From positions 64,001 to 128,000 of the forward strand of contig CAVZMH010000022.1 of NCBI GenBank assembly GCA_963776345.1: a stretch of DNA of 64,000 bases. Direction: 5' to 3'. The notes below the pieces were generated by a model. That model made no database searches. It was not told the origin of the DNA and worked only from the letters and a program-made list of their open reading frames with translations. The stretch comes from an uncultured delta proteobacterium. Its GTDB lineage: Bacteria > Myxococcota > Myxococcia > Myxococcales > Myxococcaceae. Shown here in pieces: positions 23,671 through 34,687 of this stretch. The translations under genes and the position numbers were made by a program. How positions within the stretch are numbered: position 1 is the first letter of the stretch; every line of letters begins with the position of its first letter.

Positions 23671-24200
23671 TGCACCTTCGCCTTGAAGTCGCCGAACACC
23701 GTCCGGCCACAGCCGAAGTCCACGCAGCGCTGGAAGGTCACGCTGAAGTTGCCGTTCACCGTGCCCCCGTCGCGCGGCACGTCGTAGAGGACCATGTAGC
23801 CGTCGGAGAGCAGGGGGAAGGACTTGCGCGGGTCGTTGAACACGTCCCGGGTGACCACCCCGCGCTGCTGATCGAAGACGCCGCCGTCCGGAAGCACGCC
23901 CCCGTCGGGCATCCCGGCGTCGGCCAGCGCGAAGTCGGGGAGCGGCGCGGCCAGGTTGACGTAGTCGCCGGTGCGGACGGTCAACCCGTCGAGCTTCTCC
24001 GAGACCTCCAGCACCGCGTCCTCGCCGCTGCCGCGCGGCCGGGTCCAGCGCACGGCGATCTGGTCGCCGGAGAAGCGCAGCTTGATGTCCTGGTACGTCA
24101 GGTCGAGGATTTCTTGAAGACTACCCTCGACCTTGGTCGGGCCGCAGGCGAGCGCCATCCCCACGACGGCGGCGGCAAGGGGAAGGGCGGCGCGCTTCAT
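23667..24200 (-). CDS. Lipoprotein, hypothetical (distant paralog of 32590-33099)
   Basis: MKRAALPLAAAVVGMALAC lipobox; ends NGNFSVTF..GRTVFGDFKAKV. Confidence 0.75.
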   Translation of the reverse strand: MKRAALPLAAAVVGMALACGPTKVEGSLQEILDLTYQDIKLRFSGDQIAVRWTRPRGSGEDAVLEVSEKLDGLTVRTGDYVNLAAPLPDFALADAGMPDGGVLPDGGVFDQQRGVVTRDVFNDPRKSFPLLSDGYMVLYDVPRDGGTVNGNFSVTFQRCVDFGCGRTVFGDFKAKVQ

Positions 24201-27200
24201 CGACAGGTCCTCCACTCGGGGTCGACGTCGAACCCGGAGAGGGCGGCGCTCTTCACCGAGGCCAGCTCCTTCCGGGCCCCGTCCTGGTCACCGTAGCGAC
24301 AGCGGAGCGCGGCGAGGTTGGCCCGGGCCTTCTCGTTGCCGGGGTCCGTCTCGAGCGCCTTGCCGTAGGCGGCGCGGGCCGCCATCGGCTCACCCTGGTA
24401 GAGGAGCGCCACCCCGAGCCCGTTCTGGGCGGCGCTCCGCGTCTCCCCGAGCTCGGTGGCCCGGGAGAGCGCCAGCTGCGCCATGGGGATCTGCCGCGCC
24501 TCGAGGTAGGCCAGGCCCAGCGCCTCGAGCGAGGCGGCGTCCTGGTTGGCCTCGGCCTTCTTCTGCAGCTCGGCGAACGAGGGCGGGAGGTTGCCCGCGG
24601 CCGGAGGCGCGGGGAGCGGCGAGCGCGCGGTCTCGCTCCGGGCGCGGCACCCCAGCACCGCCGTGCTGTACACCTCGAGCTGGGTGGCCCTGGCGAGGCA
24701 GGTCTTGAACGCCTCGTCGGCCTGCTCCTTGATGGGCTGCACTTGCTGCTTCACCGCGGACCTGAACTGCTGCGCGTCCGCGGCCGAGACACCGGCGGGG
24801 ACCGGGGTGGCCTCCACCGCCTCGGCGAGCGACTGGAGCGACAGGCCCAGCTTCCACAGCGAGGCCACCGCCCACTCCGAGCTGCCCATCGACGCCGCCT
24901 GGTTGTACACGCCCTGGAGCTGCTGGAGCGCGGCCACCTTCTGGTCGATCTGGTCGGCGGGGATGGCCTTGAAGTTCCGGTAGAGCAGCTCGCCGAGGTA
25001 CCAGAGCGCCTTGGCGGTGTCCTCGCCCTGGCTCGAGGGCGCGTTCACCACCGGGGCGAGCGTCTTGGCCAGCACGTCGGGCCGCTCGCCCTGGCTGGCC
25101 GCCACCTCGGCGATCACCGCCGCGGCCTGCGGGTTGGTCCGGTCCACCCCGAGCGCCTGGCTGGCGCTGGCCTTGGCCCCGGCCAGATCGCGCGCCTTGA
25201 GCTTCGCCTGGGCGAGCAGGGCCAGCGCCTCGCCGCGGCGGTTCCCGCCCACGTTGGCGGCGTTCTGGAAGTCCTTCTGGGCCCCGGGCAGGTCGTTCAG
25301 CACCATCCGCAGCCGTCCGGCCGCCATCCATCCGTCGTAGGCGGTGCCGTCCTGGCCCATGCGGGCGCCGAGCTGCTCGTACCACTGCGCAGCCTCGGGG
25401 AAGCGGCCGGCCTCCGCGGAGTGGCGAGCGATGGTGGCGAGCACGTCCGAGGTGTAGGCGGTCTTCGGGAAGTCGGTGAGCAGCTTGGCGCCGATCTCCC
25501 GTTCCTTGGCGTAGTCCTTCTTCTCCCGGGCGGCGGTGAACGCGCCGTAGAGCGCCTTCTCCGCGATGTCGCCGCCCTTGTTCTCCGAGGCGACCTTGAG
25601 CAGGCCCTCCACCACGTCGCCGGTCTCCGCCGAGCTCTGGAGCGCCAGCTCGCCCAGCGCCTCGCCCTTGCTCTCGCTCTGGAACTTCCGCACTTCGGCC
25701 AGGAAGCTGGCCGGGAGCTGTCCGTTGCCGAGGAACTTCCGGGTGGTCTCCTCGATGCCCTTGAAGTCGTTGAGCTGGCGGAGGCTGTCCAGGGCCAGCT
25801 TGCCCGCCACCGGCGCGTCCTTCTGCGTCGGGTACTCCATGGCGAAGGCGGTGAAGAGCTGGCTCGACCGCTCGAACTCGCCGTCGTCGTAGTAGGCGCG
25901 GGCGATGTTGAACTTGACGGTGAGCGCGTTGGGGTTGCGCGGGTACTTGGCGATGAACTTCGCCCCGTCGAGCTTCAGCGCCTGCCGGGCGTCGGCCACC
26001 TCGAAGGCGGTGATCCGGTCCACCTCGCCGGGCTTGAGCGCGCTGAAGTGGGCGAGCAGCGCGCCGTAGGCCGCGGCCTCGGCCCCGCCGGCGTTCTTCG
26101 CCCGGGTCTCGTAGGCCTCCAGCTCCTCGAACTGCCGCGCCGCCTCGGGGTAGGCGTGCGCGGCGAACAGCGCATCGGCCCGGTTGTGCATGATGTCCCG
26201 GACGTACTTCTCGGGCCGGAAGAGGGACAGGTACTCCTTGTAGGCGCTCGCCGCCTGTAGATACACCTTCCGGTCGTCGCTCTTCTGGGCCAGCGCCTGG
26301 AGCTGGGTGGCCAGGTCGCGGGTCAGCTCCTCGAGCTCCACCAGCTGCTTGCGGCGGAGGGTCTCGTCCTTGAACGGATCGACCTTCACGTTCACCGCCG
26401 CGCGCACCAGGAACTTGATGTCGTCCTGCTGGGTGGGGACGCGGCCCTTGGCGGCCTTCAGCGAGTCGTAGAGCTTCTCCGCCCGCTCGATGTCCAGGTC
26501 CGGGTCGGGCTGGATCTCCATCAGCTTCCGCAGCGCGGGGATGGCCCACTCGTACTGCTGCTTGATGAAGTAGCGGTTCCCCAGCTTGTCCAGCGCCAGG
26601 GCGTAGGTGGTGCGGCTGTCCGAGAGCTTCTCGAAGTACGGCAGCGCCCCCTTGGCCGGCCGGGCCTCGGTGTAGCTGTAGACCAGGTCCAGCAGCGCCT
26701 CGCGCTTGACGTTGAGCGCCTTCTGGGCGTCCTGGCCGGGCATCGGCTCGCTCCCCGCCGCGCCCTCGAAGAAGGTGACCGCGTCGTTGAACTTCTGCTG
26801 GTTCACCCGGATCCACCCCAGCTTGTAGCGGGCCAGGTCGTGCACCGGGCTCTGGGGGAACTTGAGGATCTCCTGGTAGTGCTTCTCGGCCTCGGCCAGG
26901 TCGGTCTTGTCGAAGTAGTAGTCGCCGATGATCTGCTCGGACTCGAGGCGGAGCGGGCTCTTGGGGTACTTGGCGATGAGCTCGTTCAGGGTCTTGAGCA
27001 TCTCGTCGAACTGACCGAGCTCGCGCATCTCGTGCGCCAGGTAGAAGGTGACCTTGTCCGCGTCGTGGAAGTCCGGGAACTCGCGCAGCAGGCGGTTGTA
27101 GAGCTGCACCGCCTTCTGCTTCAGGAGCTTGGTCTCCGGGCTGACGATGGCGCCCTTGTTGTCGCCGCCGCGCTGCTCCACCTGGAGGAAGTACACGTAG

Positions 27201-27454
27201 CGGCTCTTCTCCACGTAGAGCTCGGCCAGGCGGAACTGGAGGTCCGGCAGGTACGGGGCGTTGCGGCTCTTGGCGATCAGCCGCTCGGTCTCGAGGAGGG
27301 AGCGGTCCACCTTGAAGATGTCTCGCTTCAGCTTCTCGAGGTACTCGGTCTTCTCCCGGGCCCGGGTGACCACCGGGTTTACGCTCTTGTCCAGCGTGGG
27401 CAGCAGCGGGCTCTTGGCCTGCGCGAGCAGGAGCAGCAGGAGTCCACCCGTCAC
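24197..27454 (-). CDS. Large TPR protein, GltD/AgmU (NfsD)-like paralog
   Basis: 1085 aa; PDLQFRLAELYVEKS, YKLGW; position in a GltF-G-A-C-D type array. Confidence 0.7.
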   Translation of the reverse strand: MTGGLLLLLLAQAKSPLLPTLDKSVNPVVTRAREKTEYLEKLKRDIFKVDRSLLETERLIAKSRNAPYLPDLQFRLAELYVEKSRYVYFLQVEQRGGDNKGAIVSPETKLLKQKAVQLYNRLLREFPDFHDADKVTFYLAHEMRELGQFDEMLKTLNELIAKYPKSPLRLESEQIIGDYYFDKTDLAEAEKHYQEILKFPQSPVHDLARYKLGWIRVNQQKFNDAVTFFEGAAGSEPMPGQDAQKALNVKREALLDLVYSYTEARPAKGALPYFEKLSDSRTTYALALDKLGNRYFIKQQYEWAIPALRKLMEIQPDPDLDIERAEKLYDSLKAAKGRVPTQQDDIKFLVRAAVNVKVDPFKDETLRRKQLVELEELTRDLATQLQALAQKSDDRKVYLQAASAYKEYLSLFRPEKYVRDIMHNRADALFAAHAYPEAARQFEELEAYETRAKNAGGAEAAAYGALLAHFSALKPGEVDRITAFEVADARQALKLDGAKFIAKYPRNPNALTVKFNIARAYYDDGEFERSSQLFTAFAMEYPTQKDAPVAGKLALDSLRQLNDFKGIEETTRKFLGNGQLPASFLAEVRKFQSESKGEALGELALQSSAETGDVVEGLLKVASENKGGDIAEKALYGAFTAAREKKDYAKEREIGAKLLTDFPKTAYTSDVLATIARHSAEAGRFPEAAQWYEQLGARMGQDGTAYDGWMAAGRLRMVLNDLPGAQKDFQNAANVGGNRRGEALALLAQAKLKARDLAGAKASASQALGVDRTNPQAAAVIAEVAASQGERPDVLAKTLAPVVNAPSSQGEDTAKALWYLGELLYRNFKAIPADQIDQKVAALQQLQGVYNQAASMGSSEWAVASLWKLGLSLQSLAEAVEATPVPAGVSAADAQQFRSAVKQQVQPIKEQADEAFKTCLARATQLEVYSTAVLGCRARSETARSPLPAPPAAGNLPPSFAELQKKAEANQDAASLEALGLAYLEARQIPMAQLALSRATELGETRSAAQNGLGVALLYQGEPMAARAAYGKALETDPGNEKARANLAALRCRYGDQDGARKELASVKSAALSGFDVDPEWRTCR

Positions 27455-29105
27455 TGGGCGCCCTCCTCGATGCAGCGGCTGGGGATGCTCACCCGGTAGC
27501 TGCGGAGCTCGTCATTCCAGTACTCACCGGTGAACTTGAAGCCGATCTGCGCCGCGGTGAGGGGAGTCTCCTTCTCCGGCTGGGCCAGCTTGGCGCCGCG
27601 CTTGACGCGCTCGTACAGCTTGAGGCCGACCTCGTACTCCATCAGCCGCACCTGCTCGTCGGCGCGGAGCAGCTTGTCGGCCTCCTCGCGCACCGCCTCC
27701 TGGAGCCGCTGCCGGTAGAGGCGCTCGGCCTCGGCGTGGGCCAGGTCGTAGACCTTGGTGAGGTGCTTGTAGAGCCGCTCGCCGAAGCCGCCGGCGTGGC
27801 GGCCCAGGTTCTCGCCCTCGAGGTTCAGCGACTCGAGGAAGCGCGCGGTCCGCTTGGTGGAGCCGTGGCTGTTGGCCGCCCGGCGGAGCCGGAAGTCCTG
27901 CGTCAGATCGTCCCGGTCGCGGATGGCCTCCAGCGAGTCGCTGAAGCGGCGGGTGAGCTCCTTCGCCGCCCGCTTGGCGGGGAGGTACTGGCAGAGGTCG
28001 CGGTAGACCAGCGCCCGGAGGATGTACTTGTCGGGGAGGAACTCGTCCCGGAAGCTCGGCGCGTCGAGCGTGGTGAGCAGGCCGATGGTCGCCCGCAGCT
28101 GCCCCAGGTTGTACCGGGTCCAGGCCTCCTCCAGGTACAGGGTGGCCCGCCCGGGGTCGAGCGAGGGCAGCTGCACCATGTCGTAGGCCTTGAGCGCGCC
28201 CTCGTAGTCCTTCTTCTCGTAGCGGAGCCGGGCCACCGCCAGCCGGGCCTCGTTCCGCGCCTCCATGGTGAGCTTCTCGTCCTTGGAGAGCTCCAGGAAG
28301 TCGTCGATCATCTGGTCGTCGACGTTCTTGGCGTTCCTCAGCCGGGTGACCAGGAGCGCGAACTTGGCGCGGCTGGCCTCGACCCCGCCCTCGTCGAGCT
28401 TGACGAAGTGGGTCCTGGCCCAGCGCTCGTTGCCCACCCGGAGGTCCACCAGGCCCTGCTGGTAGTTGGCGTAGTCGCTGACGCTGTCCGGGAGGAAGCC
28501 CAGGTCCAGCGAGCCGAAGATCTGCTCGTCGATCAGCACCTCGTCGTGCGGGACCAGGGTGAGGACCTTCAGCGCCTCGAGCGTCTTCGGCAGCACCTGA
28601 GGGTTGCTCCGCTCGTGAGCCACCTTGGCCAGGTAGACCCCCCCGGCGTGGCGGAGGCTCAGGTCGATGAAGCAGCGGGCGAGGAAGTACTGCGCCCAGG
28701 CGTAGTTCTCGTCCGTCGGAGGCGTGGACTCGATGAAGGCGTAGAGCTTGCGCGCCGCATCCTCCTGCTTGTTGTCGAAGTAGTCGCGGAGCGCCTCGTC
28801 GAAGATCTTCGGGTCCACCTTGGGCGCGGGCTGGGTCGCCTCGGCGCCCGTGCCCGGTGCCGCCGCCGCGCGCCGGCCTGCGGCTGCCCCGCAGCCTGAC
28901 CGGGCGTCGCGGTGGTCGTCGCCGGGGGCGTTCCGGCCGGAGGACGGGGCGCGGCGGCCGGGGCGGCCGCGGGCGCACGCGGAGGCGCAGGCGCGCCCTG
29001 CGCCGGCGGGGGAGGGGCGGGCTGAGGAGCCTGGGCGAGTGCCGGAAGCGCGAGCAGGAGCGCCACCGCGGCCGCGGTCGCCGACTGCGTCCGGACGACC
29101 CTCAT
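27451..29105 (-). CDS. TPR protein, GltC-like paralog, frameshifted near 28850
   Basis: Signal and Pro-rich N-terminus (ORF from 29105); the body ends FTGEYWNDELRSYRVSIPSRC, resembling the GltC-family C-terminal motif. Confidence 0.7.
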
Positions 29106-29752
29106 TCGGTTCCGCCGAAGTTCAGGGCCAGCGCGATCTGGACGAGGAAGATGTTGGCCTCGAGCCCCTTGAAGATGACGAACTCGTTGCTGAAGTCGAG
29201 CCGGAACGAGACGCCCTTGCTGGTGAAGACGCGGGCGCCGAGGCCCAGGTGCACCGCGGGGCGGAAGACCGTCTGCCCGGTGCCGCTGGCCACGTCAGCG
29301 GCGATGCGCTCGTTCACCACCGAGCCGCCCAGCGTCCCGAAGACCTCGAAGTGGCCGACGCTGCTGTTGAGCCACGAGGTCTTCCCGTAGATCGGCGTCC
29401 ACATCACGTCCGAGCCGACGATCCAGTTGAGCTGCGGGAAGGCGGTGGGGCTCACCCCGAACTGCGTCTCCAGCTGGTTCCGGAGCCCGGTCTTGATGTT
29501 GTACGAGAGCAGCCCGCGTCCCACCTGCCAGGCGAAGTAGTCGCTGAAGTGGTAGACGTAGCCCACCTGTGCGGTGAGGCCCTTGTAGAACGCGTCGAGC
29601 GGCGCGATGCCGATGCCGATCCACAGCTCGCTGGACATCCGGTAGGTCCGGTCCTGGACCGCGAGCACCGTGCCCGGGTTCTCCAGTTCTTCGCCCTGCG
29701 CGTACGCCAGGACGGGAGCGAGGCACACCAGGAGCAAGAGCGTTCGTTTCAA
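29102..29752 (-). CDS. Outer-membrane beta-barrel, GltA/GltB-like
   Basis: Signal peptide; AVQDR, DAFY, YHFSD, WTPIYGK; alternating beta strands. Confidence 0.8.
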   Translation of the reverse strand: MKRTLLLLVCLAPVLAYAQGEELENPGTVLAVQDRTYRMSSELWIGIGIAPLDAFYKGLTAQVGYVYHFSDYFAWQVGRGLLSYNIKTGLRNQLETQFGVSPTAFPQLNWIVGSDVMWTPIYGKTSWLNSSVGHFEVFGTLGGSVVNERIAADVASGTGQTVFRPAVHLGLGARVFTSKGVSFRLDFSNEFVIFKGLEANIFLVQIALALNFGGTE

Positions 29753-29810
29753 GTCGTGTCCTGAACAGTGGGGGAGATGGCGCCGCCTTCGCTGAGCGTC
29801 GCCGCCTCGT

Positions 29811-31982
29811 TCAGAAGCCCACCGCGTTGAAGATGAACGGATAGCTGATGATCACCGACTGGCCTCTGGCGGGCGGGAACTGCCAGGTGTTGAGCGAGCG
29901 GAGGATGCAGCTCTCGACCGAGCTGTCCTTCAATGTCGAGCTCTTGGACTTCGAGCTCACCACCCTGCCCTGGGTGGAGATGCTCCATTCCAGCACGACC
30001 TTGCCGGCCAACCCAGGATTCTTCAGCAGCGCCGCCTCGTAGCAGCGCTGGACCTCGGAGAGGTGGGAGTTGATCGCCTTCGCCACCGCTTCCTTGTCGA
30101 TTTGCCCCTGCGAGCTCACACGGTCGGAGGCTGCGCGCGCCACGCCGGCGCGCACCGGACCTTTCCCCACTCCGCCCGCGCCCATCGCACCGATGCCGCC
30201 GCCGCCCTTGCCCATCAGGAGCTCGCGGCCGCCGCCGGTGCCGTTGCCCACGCCCAGCCCGGGCATTCCCACGTTGCTCGCCACCGGGCCCTTGCCGACC
30301 AGGCCGTTCAGCTTGAAGGCCGCCGCGTTGCCACCGGGCCCGAGCTTGTTGATCGCCGCGAGCATCGACTTCATCGCCGGGCCAGCCGCGCTCACCTTGG
30401 CCAGGGCCTTCTGCACGTTGGCCGGCGGCTGCGGGGTGGGCGGAACGGGCGGGGGCGGCGTCTTGGGAGGCGGAGCCTTGACCACCTTCTTTTCCGGCTC
30501 CTTCTTCTTTTCGGGCTTCTTCTCTTCCTTCTTCTCGACCTTCTCTTCCTTCTTTTCTGGCTTCTTCTCTTCCTTCTTCTTTTCTTCCTTCTTCGGCACC
30601 ATCAGGCGGACGGCGACCGGGTTGAGGTTCCGGGCGTTGAAGTCGGCCAGCTCCGGCCCCTGCGGGCCGAAGAGGATCCACCACACGGTGGGGCCGAAGA
30701 ACGCCAGGACGAGGAAGATGAAGAACCAGGGCTTGCCCCGGAGCGGGTTGACGAAGGTCCGCTCGGGCGGTGGGGCGACGTAGACGAAGCAGGTCATCTC
30801 GCCCTCGTGGAGGGCGACCGCGTTGCCGGTCTGGAGCAGCACGCACTTCCGGCCGTCGTACGACTCGACGTCGCCCGGGGCTGCGGCGGCGAACCGCCCG
30901 TCGCTCCGGCGCCGGTCCACCTCCGCCTTCGGCGGGACGTAGAGGCGGTAGGCGCCGCGGCCCGCGGACTCGGCGAGCGGGAAGCCCTCGGGCATGGTGA
31001 AGCCGTAGAACGGGACCATCGCCACGTCCGCCAGGCCGCTGGTGATGGGCTTCTTGGCCGAGGTGGGCCCGAAGCTGCGCGCCCCCTGCCGGGCGTCCTG
31101 CCAGTAGAGCTCGAAGTAGATGCGGGGCTTGCCCCGGGCGCCCTTGGTGGGGATCGAGAAGAGCCGCGGCCCGCGCACGGTGGCGCCCGCCGGCCGGCGA
31201 CGCGCAGGCCGGGGCACGGGGGCCGCGGCGGCGGGCGGCGGGGGAGGGGCCGCCGGCAGACGGGACTGCTCGGGCGCGCGGGCCACGGGCCGGGCCGGGG
31301 GCGGATCGCTCCACGGCCGCTCCGCTGCTGGGCGCGCCGGCGCCGGGCGATGCTCGTAGGTGTCGAGCGGCGGCATCGGCTCGGCGGCCGACGGGGAGGG
31401 CAAGGGCGCGAGCGGCTCGTCGTCGCCCCGCTGGGCCTTGCCCTTCCTCCGCCGGGCCGAGGGCATGGTCCCCGGCCCCTCGGTCTGTCCGTTCACCACC
31501 GGGGCGCGTGTGTACGGGGCGGGCACCGTGGCGTCCGGCTCGGCGGGGGGCGGAGGGGGCGCGGCGGAGCGGCGAGGCGAGGAGATGGGCGCCACCTGGG
31601 GGATGGACGCGGGCGCCACGGTGCCGAGCAGCGCCGAGACCTCGGGCGAGGGGGTGGTCTTCGGAGTGGCGCGGGGGCCGAGCACCCGGGTCTTGAGCAC
31701 GAAGGGCCCGAGCACCACCTCGTCCACCGAGCGGATCTCGCAGGCGGTGACCTGGTGCCCGTTGACGTAGAGCCCGCCCACCGACCCCGAGTCCTGCACC
31801 GCGGCCTTGCCGTTCTGGAAGTAGAGGACGGCGTGGTGCGGATCCACCGCGGCGTCGTCCAGGCGCAGATCGGCGTCGTCGGCGCTGCCGAGCACGTAGG
31901 AGCCGGGGACGAAGACCTCGGTCCCCACCAGGAGCCCGTCGCGCAGGATGACGACCTGGAGCACTGCCGGTTGGCCGCTCAA
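29811..31982 (-). CDS. FHA - TM - TonB-C-like (AgmX/PglI C-terminal) protein, GltG-like
   Basis: N-terminal FHA-like domain (LGS..LDDAAVDPHHA..GLYVNG), TM PWFFIFLVLAFF, K/E- and Pro-rich linker, C-terminal VQRCYE..L.GKV..CI..WQFP..YPF. Confidence 0.85.
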   Translation of the reverse strand: MSGQPAVLQVVILRDGLLVGTEVFVPGSYVLGSADDADLRLDDAAVDPHHAVLYFQNGKAAVQDSGSVGGLYVNGHQVTACEIRSVDEVVLGPFVLKTRVLGPRATPKTTPSPEVSALLGTVAPASIPQVAPISSPRRSAAPPPPPAEPDATVPAPYTRAPVVNGQTEGPGTMPSARRRKGKAQRGDDEPLAPLPSPSAAEPMPPLDTYEHRPAPARPAAERPWSDPPPARPVARAPEQSRLPAAPPPPPAAAAPVPRPARRRPAGATVRGPRLFSIPTKGARGKPRIYFELYWQDARQGARSFGPTSAKKPITSGLADVAMVPFYGFTMPEGFPLAESAGRGAYRLYVPPKAEVDRRRSDGRFAAAAPGDVESYDGRKCVLLQTGNAVALHEGEMTCFVYVAPPPERTFVNPLRGKPWFFIFLVLAFFGPTVWWILFGPQGPELADFNARNLNPVAVRLMVPKKEEKKKEEKKPEKKEEKVEKKEEKKPEKKKEPEKKVVKAPPPKTPPPPVPPTPQPPANVQKALAKVSAAGPAMKSMLAAINKLGPGGNAAAFKLNGLVGKGPVASNVGMPGLGVGNGTGGGRELLMGKGGGGIGAMGAGGVGKGPVRAGVARAASDRVSSQGQIDKEAVAKAINSHLSEVQRCYEAALLKNPGLAGKVVLEWSISTQGRVVSSKSKSSTLKDSSVESCILRSLNTWQFPPARGQSVIISYPFIFNAVGF

Positions 31983-31983
31983 G

Positions 31984-32472
31984 TCAGAGCTCGGAGTCGT
32001 AGACCGCGCCGACGATCTCTTCCCGGAAGGTCTCGCGCTTCTTGATCATCGAGCGCTGCTTCAGCTCCTTCCGGTCGTAGAGGTAGACCGCGCCGGACCT
32101 GTTGGTCTGGCCCTGGATGAGCCGGTCGTCGAAGTCGATGCGGGTCGGGCCGCGCTGGGGAGGGGCGCCGGCGGCCGAGGCCGTCGCCGGCGCGGCGGGG
32201 ATGGAGGTGGACGGCGCCATCGGGTCGAACCCGGCCTTCGCCGCCGACGTGGCGGAGGACTTCGCCGGCGTCGCCTTGGCGGTCGAGCTCTTCGAGGCGC
32301 TGGTGCTCTTGCTCTTGCTGCTGCTCTTCGCTGCGCCGGACTTCGAGGTGGACTTCTTCGTCGACCGGCCGGTCTTCTTCGCAGTCGCGGCCGCGGCGGG
32401 CGGAGGGAGCGCAGCAGGTCCCGCGAGCGTGGACACGAGCGCCACGACGCGGAGCGCGGTTCGAACTCGCAT
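31984..32472 (-). CDS. Small secreted GltF/CglF-like protein
   Basis: Signal, K/S-rich linker, IDFDDRLIQGQT...SMIKKRETFREEI, resembling the CglF DFEDDTIEG..LIRIREDF motif. Confidence 0.7.
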   Translation of the reverse strand: MRVRTALRVVALVSTLAGPAALPPPAAAATAKKTGRSTKKSTSKSGAAKSSSKSKSTSASKSSTAKATPAKSSATSAAKAGFDPMAPSTSIPAAPATASAAGAPPQRGPTRIDFDDRLIQGQTNRSGAVYLYDRKELKQRSMIKKRETFREEIVGAVYDSEL

Positions 32473-32589
32473 GGGTCGCCACCGAGTAAATCGGACGCTG
32501 TGGAGAGCTGTCAACGCATCCATTGGCGCGGTTCCACTGACGAAATTCGTCAATCCCACCTGCGCCTCCTACACCCACAGCCGCTCACG

Positions 32590-33099
32590 TCAGGGAATCC
32601 AGTCGCCGTAGCCGGCGTCGAGCGCCGTGCCGCGGAAGGTCCCCGACACGGCGCGTCCACTGCCGTAGGTCCCGTCGCTCACGAAGGAGGCGCTGAAGCT
32701 TCCCGAGGTGTCGTCGCCCGGGTTCCCGCCCTGGTCGAGCGTGAACTCCCCGATCGACACCGGGGGGAGCGCCCGCGCCGGCTCGCCCGCCGCGTTGTGG
32801 AGGAAGGTGGCCCGCAGAATCCCGCCGTCGGTGAATCCGGCGATGTTCACCGTCTGCCCCGTCTGGAGCGGGAGCTGGTCGAGCGAGAGGGTGAAGCGCA
32901 GGACCAGGTCGATGTCCCGCCCCTTGTTCGCCTCGTAGCTCACCACCAGCGCCTCGTCGTTGCGGAGCACGTGCGCCGTCGAGACGTCCAGGGGGAACAC
33001 CTCGGAGAGGCTCCCGGTGAGCGAGTTCGCCCCCTGACCACAGGCGACGGCGGCCGCCACCACCGACCAGGTCAGCAGGACCAGCGCAGCGCGAGTCAT
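32590..33099 (-). CDS. Lipoprotein, hypothetical
   Basis: MTRAALVLLTWSVVAAAVAC lipobox; ATGA overlap with the upstream gene. Confidence 0.75.
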   Translation of the reverse strand: MTRAALVLLTWSVVAAAVACGQGANSLTGSLSEVFPLDVSTAHVLRNDEALVVSYEANKGRDIDLVLRFTLSLDQLPLQTGQTVNIAGFTDGGILRATFLHNAAGEPARALPPVSIGEFTLDQGGNPGDDTSGSFSASFVSDGTYGSGRAVSGTFRGTALDAGYGDWIP

Positions 33100-34572
33100 T
33101 GCTTCTCGACCGCGATCTGCACGATGCCGCTCGCCCCGTTGCGGTAGCCGATGATCCGCCGGTTGCCGAGGAAGACCATCCGGGTCTGGAACACCGGCCC
33201 GGTGTCCACCATCAGCTCGTGGTCGCTCCAGACCTGGCTCAGGCCCGCGGTTGGCCACCGCGAGGTAGTGGTCGTCGGTGCAGCTGCTCTCGTTGCGGTT
33301 GGGCTGCTTGGAGCAGATGTAGTACGCGACCGAGGGGTCTCCGTCTGGCGAGATGGCCACCGCGGCGTACCAGCCGCCGCTGCCGCGCTGGAACACCGGG
33401 TCCAGCGTGTCCCAGTTCCCGGGCTGGGTGCAGTCGCTGTTCGCCGCGCAGGCGGTGAAGAAGGCGCCGTTCACGCTGCGGTTGGTGACCGCCACCGCGT
33501 ATCCGAAGTTGTCCCGGTAGTCGATCGACGGACCGGCCTGGGTGTTGGGGACCGTGGAGGCGCCGTTGGCCCCGAGGATGCTCGGCGTGTCGAGGATGGT
33601 CAGCGGCTGGAAGGCGCCGCAGCTCTTCCAGCTCCCGTCCGCTTGCTGCTCGGAGAACTCGATGTCCTGACCGAAGGTGTCCGGCCCGCTGGGCGCACGG
33701 TCGGAGACCACCGCCGCGCCGCGCGGGCCGCTGCTCAGCGTCTTGGCGCCGTAGATGATGCGGCTGTGGCCGCCGTAGGCGCGCTTGCTGTCCCCGGACT
33801 GGAGCAGGGCCACCGGGGTCCAGGTGGTCGGCCCACCGGTGGCCATCTCCAGATCCGCCGAGTTCCAGTCACCGGTGCCGGCGGACTGGCCGAAGTGGCC
33901 GTCGCGGTAGGCGAGCACCGCGTTGTTCCCCTCGAAGATCAGCGCCGGATAGAAGCCGACGATCTTCCCGTTGTCGCTCGGCCCCGAGGGCGGGCTGGCA
34001 GCCGGGGGGCTGGAGTTCATGGCGGCGACCTGCTCGGCCCAGTTGCCGCCGATGCGGTAGGAGATCGCCGCGTCGTTCTGGAACCAGAAGGTCTCGGTGA
34101 AGTCCGGCGGGCCGCCGAGGTACGCCACCGCCGGGTCGCCGTTGGCCTGGTAGGCCACGCTCACCCCGAAGTAGCGCTGCACCGTCTGCACCCGCTGCGC
34201 GCCGAACCCCACGCCGCCGTCCACGTCGAACTCCTGGAACATGATGTCGTAGTCGACGATGCCGGCGTCGGGGAACATGGCGACCACCCCCGAGTCCTGG
34301 CGCGGGCTCTTCACCACGTAGGCGAAGCCCACCCTGGTGGTGCCGGGCTTGGCCACCATGTCGAAGGTGGGGACGGAAGGGTTGGCCACCTCGAAGGTGG
34401 TGCGGTCCACGATGTAGAGATCGAACTTGCCGCCGTCCGGCGCGCAGGCCTGGTTCGAGCCCCCGCACAGCAAGCTGTCGTTGTAGATCAGCTCCCCGAG
34501 CGTCTTGCCGCAGCCGGCGAACGCGAGCGCGACCATCGCGCCGATCGCCAGCGCCATCGATGTGGGACGCAT
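33096..34572 (-). CDS. Beta-propeller-like lipoprotein, frameshifted near 33245
   Basis: MRPTSMALAIGAMVALAFAGC; repeated ..GDPAVAY/GDPSVAY blades; the tail in the shifted frame ends IAVEKQ* overlapping the next ATG. Confidence 0.7.
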
Positions 34573-34687
34573 CCCTGCCTTCACTTTCACCCCCAAGATC
34601 CGGGCTCGCATTCTACCCGAGCGACGCGAAGCGCCCACCCGCGCATCGCCTTGCGACGCGTCGATTCTTCGGGGGACACTCCCACCC

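Noticed and set aside
30480..30600. Striking CT-rich low-GC tract
   Set aside because: Encodes the Lys/Glu periplasmic linker of the GltG-like protein
24197..32472. Calling these the canonical gliding genes gltA-gltG
   Set aside because: Gene order and partners differ from the gliding clusters and orthology cannot be shown without a phylogeny, so no symbols were assigned
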